Origin: Candidatus Foliamicus sp.
GTDB taxonomy: Bacteria > Pseudomonadota > Gammaproteobacteria > Steroidobacterales > Foliamicaceae
Direction of reading: 5' to 3'
DNA: 64,000 nucleotides
NCBI GenBank assembly: GCA_965249285.1
Contig: OZ252226.1
Location: 1,788,302-1,852,301 of the forward strand
Part shown: one piece after another, positions 12,482 through 22,823 of the stretch
Layout of the letters: each line of letters opens with the position of its first letter
Numbering within the stretch: the first letter of the stretch is position 1
Position numbers and translations under genes: made by a program
Notes under the pieces: model-generated
Seen by the model: the letters and a program-made list of their open reading frames with translations, nothing else
The model's database searches: none
What the model was told of the DNA's origin: nothing

Positions 12482-13438
12482 TCAGGCGTCGCGGTATACG
12501 CCGTAGTTGAGCAAGCGCTGATGACGCCGCTCTAACAATTGCGTGGTTTCCAGCCGGGTCAGGCTCAAAAGTTGCTTTGCAATCGATTGCTTCAGGGTGG
12601 CGACGGCGGCGGCCGGGTCGCGGTGGGCGCCGCCCAGGGGTTCTTCCAGGACTTCGTCCACCAGCTTGAGACTCAGCAGTCGCTTGGCGGTAATGCCCAT
12701 GGCCTGGGCCGCCTCGGATGCGTGGTCGGCGCTCTTCCAGAGAATGCTGGCACAGCCCTCCGGCGAAATCACCGAGTAAATGCTGTACTGCATCATGATC
12801 ACGACGTCCGCAACGCCGATGGCCAGCGCGCCGCCCGAACCGCCCTCGCCGATGATGGCGCTGATGATCGGGGTCTTCAGTCCCACCATGCAACTCAGGC
12901 TCGAGGCGATGGCTTCGCTCTGGCCGCGCTCCTCGGCGCCAATTCCCGGGTAGGCGCCGGGTGTATCGATCAGCGTCACCACCGGCAGGCCGAACTTCTC
13001 GGCAAGAAGCATAAGGCGCTGGGCCTTGCGATAGCCCTCCGGGCGGGTCATTCCATAGTTGCGCCGCACCCTTGAGGTGGTATCGCGCCCTTTCTGGTGA
13101 CCGATGAGCATGACCGGGGTGCCGTCGATCCGCGCCAGGCCACCCACCAGGGCGTAGTCGTCGGCGTACATGCGGTCGCCGTGCAGTTCCTGAAATTCGG
13201 CGGTCATGGCGGCGATGTAGTCCAGCGAGTAAGGGCGCTTGGGGTGACGGGCCACCAGCGCGGTCTGCCAGGGCGTCAGCTTGCGGTAAATGCCGCGCGT
13301 AAGCGACTGGCTGCTGCGCTGCAGGCGCTGGATCTCGGCGGCCACATCCACGCCGGAGTCGTTGTCGAGAAACCTCAGTTGCTCGATCTTGCTTTCCAGC
13401 TCCGCTATGGGCTGTTCGAAGTCAAGAAACGATTCCAT
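12482..13438 (-). CDS. accA: Acetyl-CoA carboxylase carboxyltransferase alpha subunit
   Basis: [46 protein letters not shown]. Confidence 0.98.
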   Translation of the reverse strand: MESFLDFEQPIAELESKIEQLRFLDNDSGVDVAAEIQRLQRSSQSLTRGIYRKLTPWQTALVARHPKRPYSLDYIAAMTAEFQELHGDRMYADDYALVGGLARIDGTPVMLIGHQKGRDTTSRVRRNYGMTRPEGYRKAQRLMLLAEKFGLPVVTLIDTPGAYPGIGAEERGQSEAIASSLSCMVGLKTPIISAIIGEGGSGGALAIGVADVVIMMQYSIYSVISPEGCASILWKSADHASEAAQAMGITAKRLLSLKLVDEVLEEPLGGAHRDPAAAVATLKQSIAKQLLSLTRLETTQLLERRHQRLLNYGVYRDA

Positions 13439-13570
13439 ACGCAGTGCGTCCGAACCTGGCCGGGCTTGCGATTGTAAGCCCTACGCGGCCCGAATTGCTC
13501 CGGCGCGCTCCCGAGAACCGGCCAAACCCACGCCAAAACCTGCAAGCAAAAACCTGGGAGCCGTTGGCAG

Positions 13571-13665
13571 GGAACAACGCCGGGAGCGAGGGCTTCCAGC
13601 CCTCGGCGACAGCCTGTCCCCGACCCTGATCGGGGAGCAAGATGCCCTCGCTCCGAGCGTGTTCC
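13571..13665. repeat. REP-like element, family A, copy 3 (with CCTGTCCCCGACCCTGATCGGGG insert)
   Basis: GGGAGCGAGGGCTTCCAGCCCTCG...AGCAAGATGCCCTCGCTCC. Confidence 0.85.
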
Positions 13666-13693
13666 TTGCGCGCCGGCGCCGCTGGAACCGCGG

Positions 13694-16660
13694 TCAAAAC
13701 TCCCAGTTGGCCTCCACGAACAGCACCTGGCCGCGCGCGTCGTAACGAGTGAGATCGTAAGGCCGGCCACCCCACGGCGTAGCCGGCGGATCGGCGTCCA
13801 GCACGTTGCGTCCGCCGCCACGCAGCTGCAGGCCATTGTCGAATCGATAGCTCACGGTCAGATCAACGCTGACATAGGAGTCCGCTTTCAATGTGGGCCG
13901 AGCCTGGAACCTGAATGCACAGCGACCAACCGCTGCCGGACATGAACCGGTGCGATCATTCTCGTAGCTGGGCGTATAGCGCACGAACAGATCGGCGCCG
14001 TACCTACCAGCCGTCCAGGCCAGCGATCCCACGAGCTCGTACTCATTGCTGCCCCAGGTAGTGCCTGCGCGGTGAATCGGTTCCGCTCCCGGGACGATTG
14101 TGAAATACTCGTCGAGCACCCGCATGTAACTGATTCCCGGCCTGAAGGCGCCCCAGGCGCTGGTAAAGCTGTATTCCAGTTCGGTAGTGACGATTTCACT
14201 TACTTTATCGGAGAGATTGAGTTGCCTGGGGAATACCTTGATCGCGTTTCCATCCGCGTCACGCTCGACGATCTGGGGAAGCAAGAACGCAACTTCCGGT
14301 TCGTTGAAAAGCAGGGTATAGGAATACTCTATCTTGTCCGTGTAATCGACCTTTGACCAATGCACGGTCCAACGCAAGCCCGGCAACGCAGCGGGCGTCC
14401 AGTCGAAGCTCAATGAGTAGGTATCCGAAGATTCGGGCTTCAAGTCTTCCCCAACGCTGTAGATTACATGCCTGCGGACCTGGCACCCGAAAGCGAGACA
14501 GACGGGACCGCCGGGGACATCATAGGGATCCCGCACGTAAACAGTGTCCTCGTGAGGATCCCGCACATGAAAGATATCGCTGAACACCGGTGGGCGAAAC
14601 GATTCCGACCAGGAGGCGAGAAACGCCAGGTTCTCCGTGGGCTCATAGCGCAAGCCGATCCGTGGGCTTGTGTTGCTCTGCTTGACGCCAATGATGTTGG
14701 GCTCACCTTCAAGAAGCCAGAAGCCGTCCGGTCCCCGCACACGCCCGCCGTTCGCATTACGCACATAGTTGATGCCGCCAAAGGCGCCGGTGGCTTCGTA
14801 GCTGTCGTAGCGCGCCTGCACGTTCAGAACTAACGCTTGCAAGCCCGGGCGAGCGTTGCCCGGGCCAACAATGGGGAATGCGAATTCGGCAAACAACGCC
14901 GTCAGATCCTCTTTGGGATTCTCCAGGCCGAACAATACCTCCAACCCCTTGGTGACGGTGCCCGCCGAAACCTGTGATGGGTCTTCCTGCTCCAGGCCTA
15001 TGCGTATCTCGCGCATCTGCGTACCGACCGCGTAGCTGACCGGGCCGCCCGGCAACTGGAAGAACTCTCCGCGTGCCAGCAACTCGTAAGTGTCCGTCTT
15101 GGTGGAGCCTCTATGCGGCCCTATCCACGGCGAGGCCAGTTCTCCGAGCTCAGGACTCTGCCTTGAGCCATCGCCGAACAGGTTGATTGCCACGGCGGGA
15201 TCAGAGCTGGCAAACAATTCCTGTAGCCGCTCTTTCGCCGGATCGAAATCGGAAAAGGAGTCCGGTCTTCTTCTGTAGTTAATCTGCCAGCCGAAGTTCT
15301 CCGATTCGGAGCGTGCCACCTGGAATTCCAACTGGTGCTTGTCCGCGAAGTCCCAGATAAACCCGGCATTGATATTGCGTTGTTCGTTCTTCGATTCGTG
15401 GTACGCGCCGGGCAAAGCACCGGCATTCACCTCGGCGGTGGGCAGGTAGTTCACCCTGACGGCCTGGCCGAAGGGGTTGAAGGCATTGCTTGCCGGCACC
15501 TCGTAACTGGACAGCTCGGTTCGATATTCCTGGTAGGCCTCGTGCTCGGAATACAGCAAATCCACGAAAACCCGAAAGTCCTCGGAGACGTATTGTTCGA
15601 CAAACAAAGTCAGCGACGTATTTGTGGCTTCCTCGCCGTTTTGTGGCGGCACGTAGTCGACGGGAATGATGTCTGTTGTGAAGTCGTCGACGGTTGCCCC
15701 CTCGCCGCTGTGCCCGGCGGGAAGCTGAAGCGCGCTACCACATGCATATTGCCCCCAGGAGGCTGTGCAAAGCCTCCGCAATACGCCCGGCTGGCCCGTC
15801 GTGATACTGCGATCGTCGAATTCCGGGCCGAACAAGCTGCGAAAGTCATTGGTGGTCCATCCGGTCTTGGCGTTGGAAATGGGATCTTGCGAGGTCCGCT
15901 GCAGCGTCCCTGTGATCTGGCCGCTCCCCCAACCGTAGCCACCCTGAATGCTGGCATTGGTTCTGTCGGCGTCGGTGGAGCTGAAGTCCTGGCGCAGCGT
16001 CACAGCGGCGCCGGTGTAGTTCCTCTTGGTAATGAAGTTGATTACCCCGCCAATGGCGTCGGCGCCATACACCGCCGAGCCGCCATCCAACTGAATGTCG
16101 ATCCTTTCAATGGCCGAAAGAGGCACATTCAAAAGGTTGGCGTAGCCGTCCTCATCCCCGGCCCGTCCGGCGATACGCCGCCCGTTGATCAGCACCAGCG
16201 TGTTGGCCGAGCCCAGGGCGCGCAAGTTGGCCGTGGAAGTGCCGAAACCCGTTATGACCTCGAAAAGGATGAGCCCGGTCGAAAGATTATCGACGGCCCT
16301 CAGGTTCTTATCCACATCGCTGGGAGCGAGAGCGGAGTTTTCAAGCCCGCTGGTTTGCTGCGTAATCGACGCATAGGTCCAGGGCAGGGTGCGCATCAAC
16401 TCTTCTACGTTCGACACGCCGAGACGCTTGATATCTTCCGCCGTGATGCTGTAGACGCGCGCAGTAGCGTCACCCATGGCCAATCGGGAGCCGGTGACCG
16501 TCTGGGCCTCCAGCTCGATCGGTTCTTCAACCGCGCTCGGCGCGGATTCGTCCGTGGCCGCCTCTTCTTCGGTGTCGGCGTCCTGCCCCACCCCAATCGC
16601 CGGAACGGCGAATACCAGAATCAATGCCGCGAGCCCGCGGCCAGAAAGCTTCAGACCCAT
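13694..16660 (-). CDS. TonB-dependent outer membrane receptor
   Basis: Signal peptide, TonB-box-like AQTVTGSRL, plug LRALGSANTLVLINGRR and DGGSAVYGADAIGGVINFI, C-terminal NWEF. ATG 16660 preferred over 16681. Confidence 0.93.
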   Translation of the reverse strand: MGLKLSGRGLAALILVFAVPAIGVGQDADTEEEAATDESAPSAVEEPIELEAQTVTGSRLAMGDATARVYSITAEDIKRLGVSNVEELMRTLPWTYASITQQTSGLENSALAPSDVDKNLRAVDNLSTGLILFEVITGFGTSTANLRALGSANTLVLINGRRIAGRAGDEDGYANLLNVPLSAIERIDIQLDGGSAVYGADAIGGVINFITKRNYTGAAVTLRQDFSSTDADRTNASIQGGYGWGSGQITGTLQRTSQDPISNAKTGWTTNDFRSLFGPEFDDRSITTGQPGVLRRLCTASWGQYACGSALQLPAGHSGEGATVDDFTTDIIPVDYVPPQNGEEATNTSLTLFVEQYVSEDFRVFVDLLYSEHEAYQEYRTELSSYEVPASNAFNPFGQAVRVNYLPTAEVNAGALPGAYHESKNEQRNINAGFIWDFADKHQLEFQVARSESENFGWQINYRRRPDSFSDFDPAKERLQELFASSDPAVAINLFGDGSRQSPELGELASPWIGPHRGSTKTDTYELLARGEFFQLPGGPVSYAVGTQMREIRIGLEQEDPSQVSAGTVTKGLEVLFGLENPKEDLTALFAEFAFPIVGPGNARPGLQALVLNVQARYDSYEATGAFGGINYVRNANGGRVRGPDGFWLLEGEPNIIGVKQSNTSPRIGLRYEPTENLAFLASWSESFRPPVFSDIFHVRDPHEDTVYVRDPYDVPGGPVCLAFGCQVRRHVIYSVGEDLKPESSDTYSLSFDWTPAALPGLRWTVHWSKVDYTDKIEYSYTLLFNEPEVAFLLPQIVERDADGNAIKVFPRQLNLSDKVSEIVTTELEYSFTSAWGAFRPGISYMRVLDEYFTIVPGAEPIHRAGTTWGSNEYELVGSLAWTAGRYGADLFVRYTPSYENDRTGSCPAAVGRCAFRFQARPTLKADSYVSVDLTVSYRFDNGLQLRGGGRNVLDADPPATPWGGRPYDLTRYDARGQVLFVEANWEF

Positions 16661-16802
16661 AACGATGCCCCCTCTTGGCAAGTGCCGACACTACGCCACC
16701 ATCAACCGATCAGAGCGGGTCGCCAAAAAGATCGTGGGTCGCGCCAGCTTCAGCTGTGTTACAGCTGACTCCTCACTACATCACGCGGTTTTCAGACCTT
16801 TC

Positions 16803-19800
16803 TCAGCCACCATTGGCGTACACGAACCGAAAATCACTTACGGCGGAAGATTGTTTGAGCGCATATCGCAGGTCGCTGCCGGCCCGGACGGTCCAGTTGG
16901 CGCCCAGCCGCAACCTGCCGAAGGCGCTCTTGCCGGCGTACTCGATGACCACCTGCGTGCCGCCGGGCATGTGACCCTGCAACAACTCCCTCAATTCCTC
17001 AAAGGTTTCGGCCGGTTGCGAGTCGGCCGCACAGCGCAGCAGCAGCAGGCGGGCGCTCTGTTCCATTACCTCTTCCAGCGACTCCACGGAGTCCGCGTAC
17101 ATATTGATCGAGCCGCGCTGCAGGCGAGAAACACGGCCCTTTACCAGTACCAGCGAATGCGGGGTGATGAGGCGAGCAGGCGGGGCGCCCGAATCCCAGC
17201 GTGGCAGCCGCACCGGCAGGCGCGTCTTGCCGTCGTCCAGGTCAAAGTAGTTGGCGCCGGCTCTGCGCCACTTGCGTAACACGCTGCCGGCCACCACGAT
17301 GACCGAATCGTTGTGCTCCTCCGGCCTGCCGGGCTGTGCGCGGTCCAGAATCTCGCGCAGGCTTCCGCCGGTGAAACTGCGCGCTTCGTGTCGGCATTCG
17401 TCGAAGGGATGACCGCTCAAGCAGAATCCCAAGCTGCGGCGTTCGCCGTCCAGGCATTCGCGCAGGCCCCAGGCCGGAATGTCGGGGACCTCGATCCGCA
17501 TGGGTTGTCCGCCGCCGTCATCGAACAGGCCATCCTGGCCGTTCTCGGCGTCCCTTGCCGCCTGAGCGGCGGCGGCTAGCGCAGCGGGCAGAACCTGGAT
17601 CACCGCGGCGCGATTCGGACAAAGGCCGTCCAGGGCCCCGGATCTCGCCAGGGTTTCGGCCTGCCGCTGATGCAATCCGCCGCTGCTGATGCGGGAAAAG
17701 AAGTCGGTGAGTCCCGAATAAGGTCCGCCACTCTCGCGCTCGGCAAAGATGGCTTGGGCCGCGGCCTGCCCCAGACCTCGAATGGCGCCGAGCCCGCAGC
17801 GAACGGTTTTGTCGTCAACGGCGCTGAACCCGACCTCAGATTGATTCACGTCCGGGGGCAGCACCGCAAGTCCCAGCGCCAGGCATTCCTGGGTCATCCA
17901 GTACAAGCGGTCATGGGCGCCCATGTCGGTGGTCATGGTGGAGGCCATGTACTGGGCCGGATAATGCGCCTTCAGCCAGGCCGTCCGGTACGCGACCGTG
18001 GCGTAGGCGGTGGAGTGCGACTTGTTGAAGCCGTAGCCGGCGAAAGTCTCCATCAGGTTGAAAATGTGCTCGGCCTTGCCTCTTGTCAGCCCATGCTCCA
18101 GCGCTCCGTCGACGAACACCGAGCGCTGGTCGGCCATTTCCTCTTTCAGCTTCTTGCCCATGGCCCGGCGCAGCACATCGGCCTGGGCGAAGCTGTATCC
18201 CGCGACCCGGCGGGCGATCTCCATGACCTGCTCCTGGTACAGGATCACGCCGTAGGTCTCGCTCAGCAGTTCACGCAGGTCCTCGTGCAGGTAATCCACC
18301 TGCTCCTGGCCGTGCTTGCGCTTGATGTAGGTATCGGCCATGCCGGTCTGCAAGGGGCCGGGGCGGAACAGCGCCACCAGCGCGATCATGTCGCTGAAGC
18401 GGTCGGGCCTGAGGTCGCGAATAAGGTCGCGCATTCCCCTGGACTCAAGCTGAAACACCGCGCGGGTTCGCAGGTTGCCGAGCAACTCGAACACCTTGGG
18501 ATCGTCCAGCGGGATGCGTTCGATGTCCAGCGGCTGCTCGCCGTTTGCGTCCCGGGCCCGGTTGACCTCTTCCACGGTGCGGGTAATGGTGGTGAGATCA
18601 TTCAGCGCCAGGAAATCGAATTTCACCAGGCCGACCGACTCGATATCATCCTTATCGAACTGGGTCACCGTGGGCGAGTCGTGTTCCTGGCGGTACAAGG
18701 GCGTGAATTGCTCCAGATCGGAGGGAGCGATCACTACGCCGCCCGCGTGGGTGCTGGAATTGCGCGGCAAACCCTCCAATTGCAGCGCCAAATCGATGAC
18801 TTCACCGGCCTCGGTGTCGGTGGTGTACAGATGGCGCAGCTCACGGTCGTCCTTCATGGCCTGCTCGATGGTCACGCCCACCGGCAGGGGCGGGATCAGT
18901 CCGGCGATCTGCTCGCCCAAACCCAGTGGCAACCCCAACACCCGGGTCGCATCCTTGATTGCGGCGCGCGCCGCCAGGCGATTGAAAGTGATGATCTGGG
19001 CCACCCGGTCCTTGCCGTATTCCGTAGCCACGTGCTCCAGCACGCTCTCCCGCCGCTCGGCGCAGAAGTCGATATCGATATCGGGCATGGATATCCGCTC
19101 GGGATTCAGGAAGCGTTCGAAGATCAACCCGTAATGCAGCGGGTCGATGGTGGTAATGGCCAGGGCGTAACTGATGAGCGAACCAGCCGCCGAACCCCGG
19201 CCCGGCCCCACCGGAACATCGTTGTCGCGCGCCCAGCGCACGATGTCCGCGACAATCAGGAAATAGCCCGGATAGTCCATGCGCCGGACCACTTCCAATT
19301 CGGCCTGCAAGCGATTCTCGTATTTCTCCGGAAGTTTGACTTCCGCATCCCCGGCGTCTTTAAGGCCGAGTTGCCGAATCAGACCCGCGCGCGCCTGCGA
19401 TTCGAGAAACTCCCCTTCGCCGCGGCCTGCGGGGACCCGCGCCTTCGGCAACATGGGTTTACCGAGCTTCATTTCCACGCTGCATGCGCGCGCGATCGCC
19501 AGCGTATTGCTCAAGGCCTCCGGCAAGTCGGCAAACAGCTCGGCCATTTCCTCCGGGGGCCTCAAGTACTGCTGCGAGGTGTAGCGGCTGACACGGCTGG
19601 GGTCGTTCAGTGTCTCTCCCAAATGAATGCACACGCGAGCTTCGTGGGCCCTGAACTCGCTGCTATCCAGGAACCGCACGGCATTGACTGCCACCAGCGG
19701 AATGCCTTCATCGTTGGCCAGTTCCAGCGTGCGCTGCGCCAATTCCGTTTCACCCGGGCGACCCAGCCTGCTTACCTCAAGAAACAGGGCCTCGCCGATC

Positions 19801-20288
19801 ATGCTTCTGAGAGCCAGCACCAGGTCACGCTCGCGATGCGCCTGGGGTCCTTCCCCGGAGGGACTGTTCAAGGCAATCAGGCCGATCAGCCCTCCAAGCG
19901 CCTCGGCATTCAGCCACTGCCGGCGCACACAAGGCGACTCGCGGGCCTCCATTTCCAGATGCATGCGCGTTAGCAGGCGCAGGAGATTCCGGTACCCGGC
20001 GGCGTTACGGCACAGGAGCGTGATCCGGCCCGGCCCGGCCTCGGGCCCCTCCGCCGCGAGGTGGAGGTCGGCGCCGAGTATCGGCTTGACGCCGGCACTC
20101 AGCGCGGCACGGTAAAAGCGCACCGCCCCAAACATATTGTTCAGGTCCGTGAGCGCCACAGCCGGCATGCCCCGTTCCCGCACTACCCGGCAAAAACCGC
20201 CTTCGCCATCGCTTATTCGCAGCACGGAGTCCACCAGGGAATACTCCGAATGCAAGCGCAGATGTGCGAATTGCGCGCTCTTCTCCAC
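16803..20288 (-). CDS. dnaE: DNA polymerase III alpha subunit
   Basis: HLRLHSEYSL, PGRGSAAGS, FERFLNPER, MPDIDIDF, KFDFL, GYGFNKSH. GTG 20288 is the likely start. Confidence 0.97.
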   Translation of the reverse strand: MEKSAQFAHLRLHSEYSLVDSVLRISDGEGGFCRVVRERGMPAVALTDLNNMFGAVRFYRAALSAGVKPILGADLHLAAEGPEAGPGRITLLCRNAAGYRNLLRLLTRMHLEMEARESPCVRRQWLNAEALGGLIGLIALNSPSGEGPQAHRERDLVLALRSMIGEALFLEVSRLGRPGETELAQRTLELANDEGIPLVAVNAVRFLDSSEFRAHEARVCIHLGETLNDPSRVSRYTSQQYLRPPEEMAELFADLPEALSNTLAIARACSVEMKLGKPMLPKARVPAGRGEGEFLESQARAGLIRQLGLKDAGDAEVKLPEKYENRLQAELEVVRRMDYPGYFLIVADIVRWARDNDVPVGPGRGSAAGSLISYALAITTIDPLHYGLIFERFLNPERISMPDIDIDFCAERRESVLEHVATEYGKDRVAQIITFNRLAARAAIKDATRVLGLPLGLGEQIAGLIPPLPVGVTIEQAMKDDRELRHLYTTDTEAGEVIDLALQLEGLPRNSSTHAGGVVIAPSDLEQFTPLYRQEHDSPTVTQFDKDDIESVGLVKFDFLALNDLTTITRTVEEVNRARDANGEQPLDIERIPLDDPKVFELLGNLRTRAVFQLESRGMRDLIRDLRPDRFSDMIALVALFRPGPLQTGMADTYIKRKHGQEQVDYLHEDLRELLSETYGVILYQEQVMEIARRVAGYSFAQADVLRRAMGKKLKEEMADQRSVFVDGALEHGLTRGKAEHIFNLMETFAGYGFNKSHSTAYATVAYRTAWLKAHYPAQYMASTMTTDMGAHDRLYWMTQECLALGLAVLPPDVNQSEVGFSAVDDKTVRCGLGAIRGLGQAAAQAIFAERESGGPYSGLTDFFSRISSGGLHQRQAETLARSGALDGLCPNRAAVIQVLPAALAAAAQAARDAENGQDGLFDDGGGQPMRIEVPDIPAWGLRECLDGERRSLGFCLSGHPFDECRHEARSFTGGSLREILDRAQPGRPEEHNDSVIVVAGSVLRKWRRAGANYFDLDDGKTRLPVRLPRWDSGAPPARLITPHSLVLVKGRVSRLQRGSINMYADSVESLEEVMEQSARLLLLRCAADSQPAETFEELRELLQGHMPGGTQVVIEYAGKSAFGRLRLGANWTVRAGSDLRYALKQSSAVSDFRFVYANGG

Positions 20289-20295
20289 TACCTGA

Positions 20296-20883
20296 TCAAC
20301 CTCCGATACACGCCCGCACCGGGCGGAAACTGCGCCGGTGGGCCGGGCAGGCGCCGAGCCGCTCAAGGGCGGCGCGATGCACCGGTACGGCGTAACCCTT
20401 ATGGTCCGCCAGGTGATATCCCGGCCATTCGAGGTCCAGGCGACGCATCATGCGATCACGCCATTCCTTGGCCAGGATCGAAGCGGCTGCGATCGCGTGG
20501 CAGCGGCTATCTCCGCGAATCACGGCTTCAAGCTCCACGTCGCGCCGCCACTTCCAGGGCAGATCGGGCAAGTACGGACCGTCCACCTGAACCAGTGCCG
20601 GCTTCTGCGGCAATGCGAGCACCGCCCGGCGCATGGCCAGGAGGCTTGCCTGCAGCACGTTCAGCCGATCGATTTCCTCGACCGTAGCCAGCCCCACCGC
20701 CCAGGCTACGCAAGCGGACCGTATTTTCCTTTCCAGCTGCGCGCGCTGTTTCGGCGACAACTGCTTGGAGTCGCGCACTCCGATCACCCTCCGCCCGGCA
20801 TGAAAGGCAACCGCCGCGGCCACCACCGGCCCGGCCAGCGCCCCCCGGCCGGCTTCATCCACGCCCGCTTGCAAGCCTCCCAT
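20296..20883 (-). CDS. rnhB: Ribonuclease HII
   Basis: AGVDEAGRGALAGPV, DSKQL, VDG, IAAASILAK, HKGY, HRRSF. Confidence 0.96.
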   Translation of the reverse strand: MGGLQAGVDEAGRGALAGPVVAAAVAFHAGRRVIGVRDSKQLSPKQRAQLERKIRSACVAWAVGLATVEEIDRLNVLQASLLAMRRAVLALPQKPALVQVDGPYLPDLPWKWRRDVELEAVIRGDSRCHAIAAASILAKEWRDRMMRRLDLEWPGYHLADHKGYAVPVHRAALERLGACPAHRRSFRPVRACIGG

Positions 20884-20886
20884 AGA

Positions 20887-22047
20887 TCAGGGAGCTCGCG
20901 CCAGGCTCAAGACCGCGCGGGCCGCCGCGTCGCTGACGCCACGCCCCAGCATGCCCGAAAGTTGTGCAAATTCAGCGCGCATTGCCCGGCGAGCGCCGGC
21001 GTCATCGTACAAGTCCAAAAGCGCCGCTCCGAGGAGCGCGCCGCGGGCTCGGTCCTGCAGGAATTCCGGCGCCAACTCACGGCCGGCAAGTACGTTGGGC
21101 AAAGCCACCCAGGGCGTTTTCAGCAGGCGAAAGGCGGCTGCGATCCAGGCCGTAAGGGGGGCAACCCGGTAGGCCACGACAAGCGGACAACCACGCAGCA
21201 TGGCCTCCATCGTAACCGTGCCGGAAGCCGCCAGCGCCAGATCGGCCTCCCGCAGCAGAGAGCGGGCGTTTGCGTGGGTGCAGCCGACCTCAACTCCCGG
21301 CGCAAGACGCTTGAGAATCGCGGAAAATTCCGCCCCGCGCCGGGGCGAGGCGGCAGCCGTTGCAAACCGCGCGCCGGGCCGGCGGGCGGCCAGCCAGGCC
21401 GCCGCCCTGGCGACCGGCGGGCCGATGCGGGCGACCTCGGAGCTCCTTGAGCCCGGCAGCAGCGCAACCAGCAGGTCGCCTTCCCTGCCATGGCCGGCAG
21501 TCTCCGCGGCATCGGCCTGTTCGTCGGCGAGCTCGTCGGCCATCGGGTGGCCTACAAACTCGGCGGCAATGCCCTTTTCCAGCAACAGGCCGGGTTCAAA
21601 CGGCAGCAGGCACAAGACCTGGTCGCAGCAGCGCCGGATGCGCCGCGCCCGACCCGCGCGCCAGGCCCATATGGAGGGGCATACGTATTGCACGGTGCGC
21701 ACGCCCTGCCGCTTCATGCGCCCGGCCAAGCCGAGGTTGAGCTCCGGGGCATCCACTCCTACAAACACGTCCGGGCGAAACTCGGCAAGCTGCCGTAAGA
21801 GCCGGCGGCGAAGCACCCACAGCCTGGGCAGGTGGCGGACGATTTCCGCCAGGCCCATGACCGCAAACTCCGATGCATCCAGCATTTGCCGGCAGCCTGC
21901 CGCGCGCATGGCCGGGCCGGCCACTCCGGCCACTTCGATTTCCACCGGGCCGGCGTGCAGGGAACGAATCAGCCCTGCAGCCAACCGGTCACCGGAGGAT
22001 TCGCCGGCGACCACCGCGATGCGCAGGGCGCGATCCGCCGTGCTCAA
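20887..22047 (-). CDS. lpxB: Lipid-A-disaccharide synthase
   Basis: TTG 22047 overlaps lpxA TGA; VAGESSGD, GVDAPELN, LLPFE, FVGHP, LPGSR, ASGT, LPNVLAG. Confidence 0.95.
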   Translation of the reverse strand: MSTADRALRIAVVAGESSGDRLAAGLIRSLHAGPVEIEVAGVAGPAMRAAGCRQMLDASEFAVMGLAEIVRHLPRLWVLRRRLLRQLAEFRPDVFVGVDAPELNLGLAGRMKRQGVRTVQYVCPSIWAWRAGRARRIRRCCDQVLCLLPFEPGLLLEKGIAAEFVGHPMADELADEQADAAETAGHGREGDLLVALLPGSRSSEVARIGPPVARAAAWLAARRPGARFATAAASPRRGAEFSAILKRLAPGVEVGCTHANARSLLREADLALAASGTVTMEAMLRGCPLVVAYRVAPLTAWIAAAFRLLKTPWVALPNVLAGRELAPEFLQDRARGALLGAALLDLYDDAGARRAMRAEFAQLSGMLGRGVSDAAARAVLSLARAP

Positions 22048-22823
22048 CGCAAGAGGCCGCGCCCGGTTTCGGCCAGAAACTCGGCCATGAGCACCAGCTC
22101 GGGCTGCTCCCGGGCGGCCTCGGCAATGATCTCGGTTGCCCTGGCGCGGCTGAGCTCCTTGCGATACAGCGTTCGATACGCTCGTTCGATGTTGGCTCGC
22201 TGCTCGGCGCTGAAACCGTGGCGCCGCAAGCCGATGACATTCACTCCGCGCGGCTTCGGCGGCTGCCCGGCCACCAGCACGCAGGGCGGCACGTCGCGGG
22301 TAATGCCGGCGTAAATCCCGACGAAACTGTAATCGCCGATCCGGCAGAACTGGTGCGCTCCGGAAAATCCGGCCATCGTCACATGATTGCCGATCTGCAC
22401 ATGGCCCGCCAGGCTGGCTAAGTTCGCCATGATCACTCCGTCGCCCAGGGTGCAGTCGTGCGCGATATGCACGCTGGCCATCAGCCAGCATTCGTTCCCT
22501 ATGCGGGTGACGCCACCCCCTTCTTCGGTGCCGCGATTGATCGTGACGAACTCTCGAATCGTATTGTCGTCGCCGATCTCAAGGCGGCTAGCCTCTCCCG
22601 GGCGAAATTTCTTGTCCTGCGGATCTCGCCCAACGGCGGCATGCGGATGGATGACGTTTCTCTCGCCCATGCGAGTAGGCCCTTCCACCACGGCATGCGA
22701 TCCGACCTTGCTGCCCGGGCCGATTTCCGCCTCCGGCCCGATAACCGCGTATGGCCCGACTTCCACGTCCGGCGCCAACTCGGCCCGCGAAGAGACGATC
22801 GCCGTGGGATGAACCGTGGTCAT
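22044..22823 (-). CDS. lpxA: UDP-N-acetylglucosamine acyltransferase
   Basis: [10 protein letters not shown], hexapeptide repeats, [30 protein letters not shown]. Confidence 0.96.
   Translation of the reverse strand: MTTVHPTAIVSSRAELAPDVEVGPYAVIGPEAEIGPGSKVGSHAVVEGPTRMGERNVIHPHAAVGRDPQDKKFRPGEASRLEIGDDNTIREFVTINRGTEEGGGVTRIGNECWLMASVHIAHDCTLGDGVIMANLASLAGHVQIGNHVTMAGFSGAHQFCRIGDYSFVGIYAGITRDVPPCVLVAGQPPKPRGVNVIGLRRHGFSAEQRANIERAYRTLYRKELSRARATEIIAEAAREQPELVLMAEFLAETGRGLLR

Noticed and set aside
16690-16706. Sigma54 promoter before the TonB receptor (GG-N10-GC)
   Set aside because: TGGCGTA-GTGT-CGGCA matches only the dinucleotides, not TGGCAC or TTGC.
16803-20288. Intein or split in dnaE
   Set aside because: Length is normal and motifs are contiguous; no intein-like insertion is seen.
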